A stretch of 63,106 nt of DNA, filler included, from Klebsormidium nitens (GCA_000708835.1; 5 parts of 5 records of this genome joined end to end with filler, not necessarily neighbours in it), one strand, 5' to 3'; shown: positions 1-13,166, numbered from the whole stretch's first letter. Numbers and translations: made by a program. Notes: a model not told the origin generated them from the sequence alone.

Positions 1-517
1 GAGAGTGCTGATCTCCCGACCTGTTCCCAACCAAGATGATTGGTGTGCAAAAGTAACCTCGAAGACACCGATATTGCTTGCGCCAAAAGATGCTCCTTGT
101 ATGACAAAAGACTCATAGACGGGACAGGTGCTGGGACTCTCTGACTAGTACTTAGCAGGACAACAGGAGAGACAGGGCGAACAGTAGTTCTGGTGTCCGG
201 TCCATCCCCTTCATGCTCAAGCACCCCTTCATGGAGAAAGTCAACAGGACGACAGGACAGACCTCAATCTGACCCATATCATGTAGAATGTTCAAATATT
301 TACAAACAGTGCGAGTCGACAAGAAGGACAGGACGGACAGGTGAATCGTGTGTCCAAGTGCCCGCTTATGTGTTGACCATACCACCCGATATATGTGATA
401 TTTGTGATTGACTGCATGAATCGACAGGAGGACACGAAAAACGGGTTAGACGGGTGATCCTTGCGTCCTGGTCACGGCATATACCTGCCAAACTGGACAA
501 TACGTGACGGGCGGCGA

Positions 518-935
518 TCCTTAGATACATACATATCACCAAACTCGGCTGAGGTCTGAAAAGTTCATACTACAATCTGTTATAATTTCTTTCTTCTCCA
601 GGGAAGGAAATATAACAGAATAGTAGTACAGAGTTTTCCCTTTGGTTCCCAATTGGCGATATGTATGTATGTTAGGCCATACCTGAAAAAGATGCAATAT
701 TACAATTCACTCTCTGGAGAAGAGAATATAACAGATTAGTAGTACAGAGTTTTACCCCTCGGATCCAATTGCCAATATGTATGTACATATGGCCTTACCC
801 GAAAAAGATGCACATTTGTGAATGACTTTTTGGAGAAGAAATGTTCTCTCTAAGTAACCTACTTAGGGTACCTTGCTTCTGAGTGCCCGGTAAACGGATT
901 GGTACCACTTGGGTCCGTACCGGCTCCGACTTCAG
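518..935 (+). repeat. Repeat-family element (copy 1) built from ~118-bp subrepeats; second copy inverted at 48612-49145
   Basis: Units ATAACAGA(A/T)TAGTAGTACAGAG...ATATGTATGTA...GGCC(A/T)TACC.GAAAAAGATGCA recur at ~612 and ~729, with one inverted unit at ~520-590. It ends in CTAAGTAACCTACTTAG (hairpin) ... GTCCGTACCGGCTCCGACTTCAGGTTTCGACCC, which matches the reverse complement of 48612-48710. Confidence 0.85.
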
Positions 936-1384
936 GTTTCGACCCGTCCCCGCACAACATCAGACATTTGGGTTTCCGGGGGGATGACGTGGCTGCCTGT
1001 GAATGGCTTGAATTTAACACCGAACTTCATTTGGCTTGCTGTGTTCCCGGGCCGGGTGGTAAAGGCGAAAGCATCCCGGTCGTGGAATGTGGAATCCAAA
1101 GGAAAGTGGAAAGGGACAACTATCACGAAAGCAGACTTGAAGTTGAAAGGGAAGGCAAGACGATCTGGACGCCAGGATGGTGGCCGCCCTTTATCAATGA
1201 TATCAGGCTTAGGAGTTGTGTCTCGTACAATTCTCGTGTCAGGACAGTAGCAAGATATGCAGCATTGTTGATCATTAAGAAGCTGCCAGCAGGGGAAGGC
1301 TTGTGTTGTCGTGTAGGAGGGCCACAGGGAGGCCGCACATCCCTCATTTCTCCTCCAGTGGTTGTATACGATATTGGCATCACA

Positions 1385-4300
1385 ATGGCAGCTCCACACG
1401 AAACATGCTCCAATCCCGGGTGCAAGCATCAGGCGGGCCAGATTTGCAGCTCGTGTAAGAGTCTCCGATACTGCAGCAAGGTATGTGAGGCCAAGACATT
1501 GAAATATCAGTTGCGAGGCTCTAAAGCTCTGGCTCTCATGTTTTCCTGCTCGGTTGAGGCAGGGGCCCCCCTTTTCCAGCTCGTGATCAATTCTGGTGAT
1601 GCTGGGGACCAAAGCCTCTGACCTTGATGGTGAATTGCCTCCCACAATCACACAATGCACCTCCTTATGAAAAAGCAAATGGAAAGTTTTGATGGAATAT
1701 GAGTCCAGCTGCCAGATAATTTGCATTGTTTCTTTGCTTCAAACGAGTCTGTCATGTCCTGCAAACAAACGCTATAGAAGCCATTAAATATTGCTCACAA
1801 AGCGTTCATACTTCTTGCGTAAGTTTTGTTTGGGGCAGTCCAGCTTGGACATAATGAACACCGACATAATTTTCTGATATTGAGTGTCCGAAAATTGGAT
1901 CCACTTTCCACATTGGATAGAGCGTGCTTTTTTTGTGGCTCCAGGACTGCCAGGCGCAGCACTGGAAGGTGGGGCATAAAAGGGAGTGTAAGCTGGCGGC
2001 AGCTGAGCTGGCCGTTGTTGAAGGGTAAGCAGCCCCCTTTTGTTGATCAAAGGAGTTGCATCAAGCTATCAACAGTCGTGATTGCTAGAGCAAGTGGCAA
2101 TCAGGGTTGGAGGTCACCTCTTCATTGAGCTCTCTGTACCAGCCAGCTCCCAGCTCAAGGGACAAACCACCGGTGGCTTTCAAACGTTCTCAGAGTGGTT
2201 CTATGCAGTGTTCATAGTCTCATTGCACAACAAGGAATTGCAGACTTCTTTGAAGCTTTCACACTTCTGATCTGGCAAATGATTGGCAAATGATTGGCAA
2301 ATGATTGACACTGGCAGTTGCGCTGATCCTCATGTTGATCATTGGGCCACTAGAATCCTGCAAAAGCATCACGGTATTTTTGGGAATTGGTAAAAGATCA
2401 CACTTTGCCATGTTTTCTTTGCATCTTCACTGTATAGCTCCAGGCAACTGATAACATCTTAGTGCAGTGGGGCATCAAAGATTGAGACAAAATTGGCATC
2501 GTCCTTGGACCAGCTTGTTGAGATCTTCTGACCCGAGCCCGAAAGACTTAACGAACCAGCTGGATGCATCCTTGCAGGCGATGGAAGCAGGCGGAGGACT
2601 TATGCGCGCATGTGCTTAAAACCACTCTCCCCAAGATGGAAGCAGGGCCAGCCAAACAGAAGCTTCAGGTTCGAGTTCTGAAGTGCCGCTGCCGAGTCCG
2701 GATGCGCTCCGACGACTTCAGGTAATCAGAACCACCCTTTGAGGAAACTCAAAGCCCAAAGGCTTGAGTCAGATTTTGTTGTCTTTCTTATTACGTTTAT
2801 GGACCTACCGGATGGTTTTCGAAGGAAAAGATAAGCGTTTGACGTCGCAAGCAGAAAGAAGTACTTGACATCTGAACGACTTAGTGTAAACATAGGAACT
2901 GAGGTTGCCCTTGTGGACACCAGTTTACTTTCTGATCTATTCTACTTCTTTCGAGGTCAGATTGCTTGGTGAATTGGCGCATCTTGCATCAACGAAACCG
3001 AGCTACAACAGAAGAGAAGACTGGACTCTTGTGCAGGTAACTTCAACGGTTCGTTCGTGATTCTTGCCATTTCGAAAATGGAAGTAATGCAAGATCAAGA
3101 GACAGATCATCTCTCCGAGGTCTGGGCATGAACTGAAGTGTGACTGCTTTTGTCTCAGCGGCGCCGTCGAGGACGCCCGGGCAGCTTTCGAGGAGAGCGG
3201 AAAGACTGACGGGCGGGCGTCCCTCNNNNNNNNNNNNNNNNNNNNNNNNNNNNNNNNNNNNNNNNNNNNNNNNNNNNNNNNNNNNNNNNNNNNNNNNNNN
3301 NNNNNNNNNNNNNNNNNNNNNNNNNNNNNNNNNNNNNNNNNNNNNNNNNNNNNNNNNNNNNNNNNNNNNNNNNNNNNNNNNNNNNNNNNNNNNNNNNNNN
3401 NNNNNNNNNNNNNNNNNNNNNNNNNNNNNNNNNNNNNNNNNNNNNNNNNNNNNNNNNNNNNNNNNNNNNNNNNNNNNNNNNNNNNNNNNNNNNNNNNNNN
3501 NNNNNNNNNNNNNNNNNNNNNNNNNNNNNNNNNNNNNNNNNNNNNNNNNNNNNNNNNNNNNNNNNNNNNNNNNNNNNNNNNNNNNNNNNNNNNNNNNNNN
3601 NNNNNNNNNNNNNNNNNNNNNNNNNNNNNNNNNNNNNNNNNNNNNNNNNNNNNNNNNNNNNNNNNNNNNNNNNNNNNNNNNNNNNNNNNNNNNNNNNNNN
3701 NNNNNNNNNNNNNNNNNNNNNNNNNNNNNNNNNNNNNNNNNNNNNNNNNNNNNNNNNNNNNNNNNNNNNNNNNNNNNNNNNNNNNNNNNNNNNNNNNNNN
3801 NNNNNNNNNNNNNNNNNNNNNNNNNNNNNNNNNNNNNNNNNNTTGCTCGTCGAAGCCCTGTTCAAACATAGGAAGGAACGGACCGGTGGCGGGACTAAAT
3901 GCGAGATAGACCTCCCCACTGCGTCTTTGATAAACCACCACCTCCGAGAGTCCACGCGCTTGGACCCCTCTCTGGCGGATGAGAGAAAAGCTGCTGCGCG
4001 CATGGTTGCGGAGAATCTGTATGTGCTGCCTAGCACCTCCGACGAGAATGCCAACAAGGACGTGATCCGAACCAGGCTCGAAAGGGATCGGCGGCGGCTG
4101 GCCCAGCTGAAACTGCCAAGCTGCCCAGGAAGAGTGAGCAGTGACACAAGTTGTTTCGTTCCTTTTGAACATTTACAAGAGACAAGGCCTGCCTCGGTTG
4201 CTCAAAGTGGCGCTTTCTGATTATCCGAGAAAATCTCTGTTGCGCTTCAGGTTGATTAATGCTTCGTCAGTAGTTGCTTAGAGCGGCCTATGAAGCGCCC

Positions 4301-5075
4301 TGTTTACGTAGACCTCATAAAAATTTACGTTTCGCTTTTCCTTCAAGCCGTTTGCTTCCATCAATCACGAGAACAGCACGAAGTCACGACCTTTCAAGGG
4401 CTATACGTTTGTAACTTTGTAACTTCCAGCAATGTCAGTGTGGGAGCCTGCATCGTTGATTGTACCTCGAAAGTTTGCCTCATTGCCTCTTTTATGAGCA
4501 GCTTGCAACGATTCCTACAAGCTAGGCGTTCACCCTCGTACATTCAAAGCCATTGTCGTGAAGCTCATGCTGCGATTCTGACCTGCTCGACTTAGGTATT
4601 GACTCGTCATCCTCCTCCTTTTACACAGGACATCCTCGAGTACCACATGGCGGTGTTTGCGGACCAGCGAGATGGCTCCGAGCTTGCAGGAGCCGAGGGA
4701 CAAAATACCCTTCAGATCCTCAAGATTCGGACCTTGCAAGCCAAGGCTGTCGTCCTCCATGTGATCAACAAGGTCGACGTCTTAGACGGCTGTAGGCGTT
4801 TGAAAGAAGAGTTGTTACGCATCGAGCGAGCACCAGGTTGGCTGAGCGGAGAGAGGTTGGTCGTGCAGAACGTGATCAGTTTGCAGCAAGACGTTAAGCG
4901 ATTAGCCAAGAAGTTGAAAGGTCTACCGCTGGATGTCGAGCAGGGAAGAGAAGTCAAGGCTTTAGAAAAGAGGGTGGGGTCCTCGCTCTTGGGTGCGCTA
5001 CAAGAGGCAATGACGATTGTGTTAGGGAAAGGGGTACTTGAACGACTGAGGCTGATGGACGTTATGGGGCCTTGA
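1385..5075 (+). CDS. Multi-exon zf-MYND protein
   Basis: Exon 1385-1480 (CSNPGC...CSSCKSLRYCSK|gtatgt) splices in phase to 1945-2024 (DCQAQHWKVGHKREC), completing a MYND finger. Further in-strand coding-like exons occur at ~3152-3225, 3843-~4132 and 4631-5075 (TGA); their linkage to the MYND exons is inferred and interrupted by an N gap. Confidence 0.6.
2273..2305. repeat. (TGGCAAATGAT)x3 short tandem repeat
   Basis: Read directly from the sequence. Confidence 0.9.
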
Positions 5076-6326
5076 ATGGAGGGTGAGACGTAATTTCATA
5101 CTGTACAATATTACCGCTTTTGTGTAAGCTTGTTGCAGTCAGCCACAGGCCCACATGTTTACGAAGGGCCCCATTCCGACTCATGTATGTACGCGTCCAG
5201 AAAGAGAAATAGTTTTTCTTCCAATGGACGTATATTGATCGTTGACTTGATTCTGAACGCATGGCCACAACGTACTAAACGTTCATGCGTGGTGACCAAT
5301 ATCCAAGTTCATGCATGCATTATATGTGTATACGTGCCTGGCTCAAAACTGTTGTTTAAATTGTTGATCGAATGCAAACGTTGGCCTTAAAGCTGATTGG
5401 TTGCTCAATCTGCGATCGCCATGTAGTCTCGCGGCCGGCCCGGCTCAGGCCGCGCAACTGGTGTATATGTGCTAGAACTTGCATGTACGCTATAACATGC
5501 CAGTGCACTGCAATCACATGTGTATACGTGTTGATTCACTTGCATGCATGTGTCTGACTTATTCGTCCTAGACAGAATCATTCTTGCTATCTTGGGGACC
5601 GCAAGTGGTGAGCCTGAATGTTTTTGGCTGCGGCTCCTATTCGTAATGATTCCCTATAGTGCATGTGCAAATTTTGCATGGCGGTGTTGACATGACTTGG
5701 CCAGGCCGGACGTACCAGCGCTATACCGGTAACTTTAAGTGACATGCGTTCGATAATTATATGTAAAGCTCTAACTGTCTATATATAGCTCAGGCTCAAA
5801 CCGATTAAACAAATTGCCCTCAAAATCTGCATTCGAACCTGATATGCGCATATGATCCGGCCGCGGTCGGACGCGGGAAAGAAAATCTTCAACTTAGCAA
5901 TTGAACTAGGTTTAGAAATAGTCAGGTAACCAGCCTGGGACGGGTAGTATTAGTTTGGGGGTTTGGGCCGGTGTGGAGCAAGTGGTCTGTGTGTTGGGTT
6001 TTAGAGTTAGTGCAAGAGCTCATGCTATTGCTAGAGCTTAATTGCTAAATTGAAGAACAGGACGGGAGGCCTACCATACGGTAGTCCAATATGGTTCAAT
6101 GTAACTGGGCCTCAAACTTAGTTCGACAAACAAGGTCAATGACGTGAAGTGAAGCTTCATAAACGAACCTTTTGCATTCAATTGAGCGATCTCTGATCTC
6201 GGCTGTTGTCTCACAAAGTCAAGATAGATTCTTCTCGACATTGTCGATGAAACCCACAATTGATGTAGATAAGCAATTTTCATGCCTACAATTGTACGTC
6301 AACTTTAATTTTCTGCGACAACTTAA

Positions 6327-8295
6327 TCAGTATTCAACTTCTTCTATTCTTACCCATGGCATCTCCCTGATTAGTTCCTTGAGCAAAGCATTGAAAGCAT
6401 TCGCGCATATGCTTTTCCTAGCCCCCGCCGCCGAATATTGCAACAACCGCAACTTTGGGCTCATCTTGACCAATTGCATGCAGAAGTTAGCTTCCTTCTT
6501 ACTTCGTACATGGACCTCTAGATTGACAAGGTGTTCAAGAGGTGGAACTTGAAAACTTTGGCCTTCCCCATCATCAAAGNNNNNNNNNNNNNNNNNNNNN
6601 NNNNNNNNNNNNNNNNNNNNNNNNNNNNNNNNNNNNNNNNNNNNNNNNNNNNNNNNNNNNNNNNNNNNNNNNNNNNNNNNNNNNNNNNNNNNNNNNNNNN
6701 NNNNNNNNNNNNNNNNNNNNNNNNNNNNNNNNNNNNNNNNNNNNNNNNNNNNNNNNNNNNNNNNNNNNNNNNNNNNNNNNNNNNNNNNNNNNNNNNNNNN
6801 NNNNNNNNNNNNNNNNNNNNNNNNNNNNNNNNNNNNNNNNNNNNNNNNNNNNNNNNNNNNNNNNNNNNNNNNNNNNNNNNNNNNNNNNNNNNNNNNNNNN
6901 NNNNNNNNNNNNNNNNNNNNNNNNNNNNNNNNNNNNNNNNNNNNNNNNNNNNNNNNNNNNNNNNNNNNNNNNNNNNNNNNNNNNNNNNNNNNNNNNNNNN
7001 NNNNNNNNNNNNNNNNNNNNNNNNNNNNNNNNNNNNNNNNNNNNNNNNNNNNNNNNNNNNNNNNNNNNNNNNNNNNNNNNNNNNNNNNNNNNNNNNNNNN
7101 NNNNNNNNNNNNNNNNNNNNNNNNNNNNNNNNNNNNNNNNNNNNNNNNNNNNNNNNNNNNNNNNNNNNNNNNNNNNNNNNNNNNNNNNNNNNNNNNNNNN
7201 NNCAAAGAGCACATTCGCGCTAGTCTTCAATTCCTTGACATTCTGAAGACATGCAAGAATGGAAGAGTTTCTCCTTGTCTCCCCTTGCAATAACATGTGC
7301 CTAAAGTTAACCACCTCCAAGTTGCCACAAATTTCTAGCAAGTTAAGCAAGTCGGTTGCATCCATGCAGCCACTGACATCCAACGTTTTCAACTTCCAAG
7401 GACGAGGTACCAGAAAGGGCCCTGGATAATTTGTTCCAACTTCAAGGCTGGTCAAGTTGGGCGCATCTATTTTCAATACCCTCTTTCCGTCGGGATGCAA
7501 GTGCAAAGACTTCAGATGGGGAGTGTTCATCTCAATGCAACCTAGCGGTTGCGCTCTATCCTCCGAGTCTGATTCATCGTCAGAGTCCAAAAAATAGCTA
7601 TAGTCCAGAGTGAGTTGCTCTAGCGTGCTAGAAGAGACTTTGGTCACGAGAGTCCAACAGAGTCCACCATCCAGGTGCAACGAAAGTCGTCTTAGTTTGG
7701 GAGCAACTTCCACAAGGCTGATCAAAGAACTCTCATTGATTGATTGTATCTTTGAGAGATGAAGCTCGGTCAAGTTGTTGAATGACTGGTGTATGGGCTT
7801 GCTAATTGTCAGATGGCAGTCTTCGAGAACCAGCGACTCAAGTTTAGAACACTTAGTTAGCAACTGCCCCAAAACTTCATCCTTTTCATGGAGAGTCGCC
7901 AGGTTTGCTCGACTCATACGAAAATGTTTGAGCATTGGTGCCAGACAGAAGACCCCTGCCATGAAGCCGCTCAAGACCGCTTGCTCATCCAGAGGCTCCT
8001 CACAGACAAGGTGCAGCGTCTTGATATGAACCGCGTCGTGAAGAAACCAAATCACCCGTGCATCTCGTGCAGCCTCGCTATCTAGCTTACAGAAGATTGC
8101 GTCTACTTCGCACAACAAGCCGTTGAACCTTGAACACACGGGCCTGAGCCTTACAAGAGCTTTTAGATCTGCTGCGCAAGCCCAGGCTTCAGCTTCTGGC
8201 GATGAGAACCTGGAAAGTGGCAGTACTCGACGTGCGGCCCTCGCTAAAATGCAGACAAGCACGCTGTCGGGCAAGAGGTCAAAAAGTGAAGCCAT
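6327..8295 (-). CDS. F-box/LRR (RNI-like) protein, interrupted by an N gap
   Basis: N-terminal F-box-like LFDLLPDSVLVCIL...VCSRF, then LxxLxL repeats (LESLVLEDC, LTELHLS, LRRLSL, LKSLHL). The C-terminal part continues after the gap to TGA at 6327. Confidence 0.85.
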
Positions 8296-8808
8296 GAAGT
8301 CAACGAATCAGACTTGCAAGTTGCTGTACCGTTGAATGCAATGGATGTGCCCCCAAATTCCAATGCGCTTTGCTGCCGTTGCTGTGTCCTTGTCACTGTG
8401 TACCCTCAATGGGCGTCAGGCTGTTGCGCCACAGAAGTGCCCATTGCGGCAAAGGAAGTGCTGGACAGGGTCGGGTTCACATTGGACTTTCTCAAAACTT
8501 TTATCGTGATTCGATAGCTAGACCTGCGTCACTCGGCGTCAGCCCGCCAGGGTCGGGTTCACATTGGACTTTCTGCCCTAATTCGGTCTGCCATGATTCG
8601 CAATTGGAAGTACCCATGCTGACGTTATAGCAGTTTCGGATTACAATAGCCAAACTGGGTTCACATTGCAATTTGGTCCGTCGAAATACGGGTCGTAATT
8701 CAAAACTCTCGACCGGAGCCATGTGACCGACCACGTGAATCAGATTGAGTACACTAAGTACACAAAACCGTCAGCAAAGGCGGAGGCGTGACGATATCAA
8801 ACCTGTAC

Positions 8809-8908
8809 NNNNNNNNNNNNNNNNNNNNNNNNNNNNNNNNNNNNNNNNNNNNTTAATTAATTAANNNNNNNNNNNNNNNNNNNNNNNNNNNNNNNNNNNN
8901 NNNNNNNN
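8809..8908. other. Assembly linker 44N-TTAATTAATTAA-44N
   Basis: Exact 100-bp structure with stops in all six frames, repeated four times in the window. Confidence 0.95.
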
Positions 8909-11900
8909 GGAGCCCGTGGTTTGCGTGTTCTGGGGAGAGAAGGCGCACTGCAGCAATGGCGACTGCTCGGGTTCAGAGCGGTGCCGGCACCTTTCGGGGG
9001 TGCTCTCGAAGCAAACCTTGCCCCTAATTGAGCACGTCGCAAATGGAGGTGAGGGTGAGGCAAAGCGGACCGTTGCTGAGAGGAGGGCAGAGAGGGTTGA
9101 GCAGCGAGAAGCGGGGGCGAAGAAGCTCTTGGTCTGCAACGACCCCGTTTGCCGTCGGCCGTACTCAAAGGTCCTCTGCACGCATGGAGCCACGCTGGAG
9201 GCTTGGGAGTGTCTTCCAGCTGCAGCTCTCGACATGGGCCACAGCCGCAAGCCGATTGATACGGTCATGAGCCGTGGGGGAAGAAGCCTTTCGAGTCTGT
9301 GCGAGCGGTGGGGGGACGAGGGGGTCAGGCGGCGGGACAATACAAAGCACTTTTGTGCTCCACGACCCGTCGACTTGCTTTCTCCATGCGGACGGCCATG
9401 GCAGCTGGAGAGCAGGAAGGCGGCTCTAACAACGGCGGGGGCGCGCTACAATATCACGACTTACCGGAGGGTCTGTCGGCTAGCACCCGGCCACGAGGCA
9501 GCATGCTGCGCAGTAGCTTTTGACGGCCAGGTGAACATGTGCTTCTCATACTTTTGTTTCAGACGATTTTTTCCCAGGAGATTCGGCATCCAAAGTCGGT
9601 AAACTGTTGTGTCCGTTGACGACAGATGAGGTGCTTTCAAAAATCAAGTCGTGCGTAGGGATTGCCTGTGTATCAAAGCTCCAAATTCCTGATCTCGTCA
9701 GCAGCCATCTCGCTCAAGTGTCTTGCACCCATCGACATAGCAAAGACAGCTGCAAATCAGCTTCCTCTTCAAAGATCCGTTCGTCCCTCGCTTCAGAGCT
9801 CTCGAGAGTTGGCCGGAGGTCGATGCAGTCTGCAAGACTCAGGCCGGCCAAAAACGCTTGCATCTCAAAGTTCATCCTCAAAGGTTCGAGTTCTCTGTAA
9901 TGCTCGATGAGATGATTTCTTCTTTGAGCCACCACTCTGTTTCGCCAAGCATCACGAGCCGTTTTGAAGCCCTGTAGCCCATCATTTTCCCGGACGGCTT
10001 GAAAAAGCACATCCGACTCGCGATAGTATCGTACGCGCAGTCGACATTGACTCCGGAATGGATAAGGGACCCAAGGCAGACATGTCGGGTCCTTGAGGTG
10101 GTACTTTCGGCGAGCTTCTGTGGCCGTTAAACAACCCAGCATGTCATAATAAACGCAAATGCATATTCGACAAACTATTTTTCCTCTGTGCGGAGAAAGA
10201 GGCCAGTGGAAGCACTCACGATCCCATCCACAAATCATGCACATTGGAAAAGGCTCCTTGCTTTTGATGCACCGATGTGGTCCTGGCTCGGATCCTGGGG
10301 ATAAAAGTGGATACTCATGCATTTTGGTTTGAACATAAGCTTGTGCATCTTTGCAGGTGCATGCAGAAGCAGCCAAGTCTTCAAGACCGAGCTTTCCATT
10401 CTCTCCTACAATGCTGAGTACGGATGCAAACTTTGCGTTGATGTCCATGCCGTTGATGTCAGTCTCTAAAAGAAAAGGTATGATTTAAACGCGGCACTTA
10501 AACGACCTTTTAATTTTGCGTTTGCAGGAAGACGGCATCTTCAACTTTTCCGGCACCAACCTCATCTCGCACGGCCTCCTCTTGCGCAACCACTTTGCGG
10601 CGGCCCTGGGGGCGGCCCACAGCCTCAACTTTNNNNNNNNNNNNNNNNNNNNNNNNNNNNNNNNNNNNNNNNNNNNNNNNNNNNNNNNNNNNNNNNNNNN
10701 NNNNNNNNNNNNNNNNNNNNNNNNNNNNNNNNNNNNNNNNNNNNNNNNNNNNNNNNNNNNNNNNNNNNNNNNNNNNNNNNNNNNNNNNNNNNNNNNNNNN
10801 NNNNNNNNNNNNNNNNNNNNNNNNNNNNNNNNNNNNNNNNNNNNNNNNNNNNNNNNNNNNNNNNNNNNNNNNNNNNNNNNNNNNNNNNNNNNNNNNNNNN
10901 NNNNNNNNNNNNNNNNNNNNNNNNNNNNNNNNNNNNNNNNNNNNNNNNNNNNNNNNNNNNNNNNNNNNNNNNNNNNNNNNNNNNNNNNNNNNNNNNNNNN
11001 NNNNNNNNNNNNNNNNNNNNNNNNNNNNNNNNNNNNNNNNNNNNNNNNNNNNNNNNNNNNNNNNNNNNNNNNNNNNNNNNNNNNNNNNNNNNNNNNNNNN
11101 NNNNNNNNNNNNNNNNNNNNNNNNNNNNNNNNNNNNNNNNNNNNNNNNNNNNNNNNNNNNNNNNNNNNNNNNNNNNNNNNNNNNNNNNNNNNNNNNNNNN
11201 NNNNNNNNNNNNNNNNNNNCATGGCCTCCTCTTGCGCAACCACTTTGCGGCGGCCCTGGGGGCGGCCCACAGCCTCAACTTTGAGGCGGAGGACATGGCT
11301 ACGAGGTGCTTGGAGGGGCCGAACGTCCCTAGGCTGGACGACCGGGTGTTCGATTCGGCCATGCAGGCCTTCAACGACCTCGCCGCCCGGTCTCGAATCC
11401 AGCACGTGTGCTCGCGCGTCGATTGCGCGCATCTCTACACGGGCGAGGTGGAGGCGGCTGAGGCGAAGGCCCGGAGGGCTGGCAACCCCCTGAGGCCGGA
11501 GCGAACGGAAGGGCCGAGCTCCGAGCTGGCCACGTACGCTTTTGGACGGGACAAGGTTATCACCTTTGATGGGACCTTCTTTGCCAACTCGAGCGCGATG
11601 CGAGACTCCGGCACGGAAGCGTCCTTGCACGGCATCTGCGAACCGGACCCGAAAGCGCCGAGGGTCTCCGGGGGCTTCACTCCTTTGAGCGTGGGAGGGG
11701 TGCGCCCCTCCGACGTGCCACTGGAGGGGATCGACTGCCCCTGGAAGTATCGCAACGGGCTGTCCGAGTTGCGGCCGGCCGTGCGTGCTCTTGCGCAGAG
11801 GTGGTGCAACTTTCGCAAAGCTCCGGCCTAAGGGAGCAATGCGCCTCTGAAGCCGGAGGAGTTTGTCGCCATGCGGGAGGGGCTTCCGGCAAATGTCGCC

Positions 11901-13166
11901 GCTCTGATCGACCTCGTGATCGAGTCGGGAGCTTGTCACGATCCTGCCACGTGTGCGATTTGCAAGGCGGTGCCGCGGCGGCCCTGGATGGCAGGGTTCC
12001 TCAAAGACGGGCCCGTGGGATCGACCGGCTGGTGCCTGACTCACTTCCAGCCGTACGGAGCCCTCCTCCACGCCCTGCTCATCCCTCGCTACTCGTGGGT
12101 GTTCGGGCACGTGGTCACCTTGAAGCTGCTGAGACACGTGTTGCTGGAGGGGCCGCTCGACGAGCGCGGGTTGGCGTACCTCTCCAACGACGGCCCCATG
12201 CTAGCGGCCGTCCTGCGCCTCCATCCAGTTGCCGGCGGACAGTACGCATTTTCAGCAACGCTGCGGCCACTCGTGCGTGACATCTATGCCACGAACCTCC
12301 TCTGCTTCGAGCCCAGCGCAAACCGGCCGGGTCCAGCCTTGCGATCGCCACTGGCCGCACTCCATGATGCAACCGAGCACCTCTGGGCAATCGAAGGCGA
12401 GAAGCTGAGGCTTGCGGGTCGGCTAGAGGGGGCGGCCATGGAGTATGCCGAGCAACGTGGGGCGGCATTGAAGGGGGCTGCCAACTCGCTTCTGTTCGAG
12501 CTCGAGGTCCGCGAGCCCTCGTGCTACAAGGAAGGTGGCTTCCTTCGAGCGCCATCGGCCGCTTATGAGGAGCGGGTCGGCGCCGTCTCGACCTACTCTT
12601 TTCACCCCCTGCTGTACGGCCGGCCTCGGTTTGTCGATGGGGAAGACGAAGCCGGTCGGGGGAAGAGGGGTTCGGAGGAGCGGCTCACCCAACATTGTAG
12701 CGCCCCAAATCCTCGATCCTCCAAGGGGCGCGCCGGGATGTTTATCGCGTCCTGCCAGGATCGGGCGCCCCTTGGGTACCACTGGCTTAAGGGGGGCGAA
12801 TCCGTCTCCGATCTTGGCACCGTGCTACTCACGCGGTTCCCACTGGCATTTAAGACGCTGCGGGGGCTCACAATCGTAGAGGATGCCGCTTGCAACGCAC
12901 AGGAGTGGTTTCTCAATCGAGTGCCCCAGCTGGCCAAGTTCATGCTTTTTGTGGTGGATCGCTTTCACTCGGGGCCCGTGAGCTGCGCACCAACGGGGGC
13001 AAAGCGCTATGCCACGCACACTTGTGCGCCGACGCTGTTCATCGACTCCTTCTCGCAACACGGCCACACGATTACGACGGCTTCAGAGGGCATCAATTCG
13101 GGGTTAAAGCCTGAGATGTGCGGCCAGCCTCCAGCAGATCACGAGCATCAAGCGGCTGTTGAGTAG
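8909..13166 (+). mobile_element. CxC-domain KDZ (Kyakuja-Dileera-Zisupton)-type transposase gene with one in-frame stop; 5' end cut by the linker
   Basis: A Cys-rich exon (FCAPRP..SPCG..W..TYRRVC..FDGQ|gt, 9530) splices in phase 0 to 10528 (EDGIFNFSGTNLISHGLL). KDZ-like catalytic motifs follow: ITFDGTF, GYHWLKGGES..TVLLTRFP, IVEDAAC, VVDRFH..HTC, TASEGINSGLK. ORFs 11232-11831 and 11871-13166 share a frame and are separated by a TAA at 11829-11831. Confidence 0.8.
9714..10448 (-). CDS. Intronless protein with a C4 zinc finger and XPA-C-like DNA-binding segment, nested antisense in the transposase intron
   Basis: CMIC..CRIC followed by LTATEARRKYHLKD..LP..Y(R)ESDV..A..DGLQG resembles the XPA minimal DNA-binding domain pattern. 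The 244-aa ORF lies wholly within intron 9531-10527. Confidence 0.6.
   Translation of the reverse strand: MDINAKFASVLSIVGENGKLGLEDLAASACTCKDAQAYVQTKMHEYPLLSPGSEPGPHRCIKSKEPFPMCMICGWDRECFHWPLSPHRGKIVCRICICVYYDMLGCLTATEARRKYHLKDPTCLPWVPYPFRSQCRLRVRYYRESDVLFQAVRENDGLQGFKTARDAWRNRVVAQRRNHLIEHYRELEPLRMNFEMQAFLAGLSLADCIDLRPTLESSEARDERIFEEEADLQLSLLCRWVQDT

Noticed and set aside
905-940. tRNA/SINE B-box or HDV-like ribozyme in GGGTCCGTACC...GGTTTCGACCC
   Set aside because: No cloverleaf or A-box, and the sequence needed for HDV P1.1/P4/P2 is not conserved between the two copies.
899-1384. N-terminal part of ORF 899-1621 and antisense ORF 932-1726 as genes
   Set aside because: They start inside the repeat element and have no recognisable domain; only the MYND exon from 1385 is supported.
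5280-5750. RY (CATGCA) element cluster as a regulatory module
   Set aside because: It lies between convergent gene ends; CATG-rich low complexity also occurs at ~35870-35930 and no function can be supported.
10571-11281. Tandem duplication inside the transposase
   Set aside because: An identical ~60 bp on both sides of an N gap indicates overlapping contig ends, not a real repeat.
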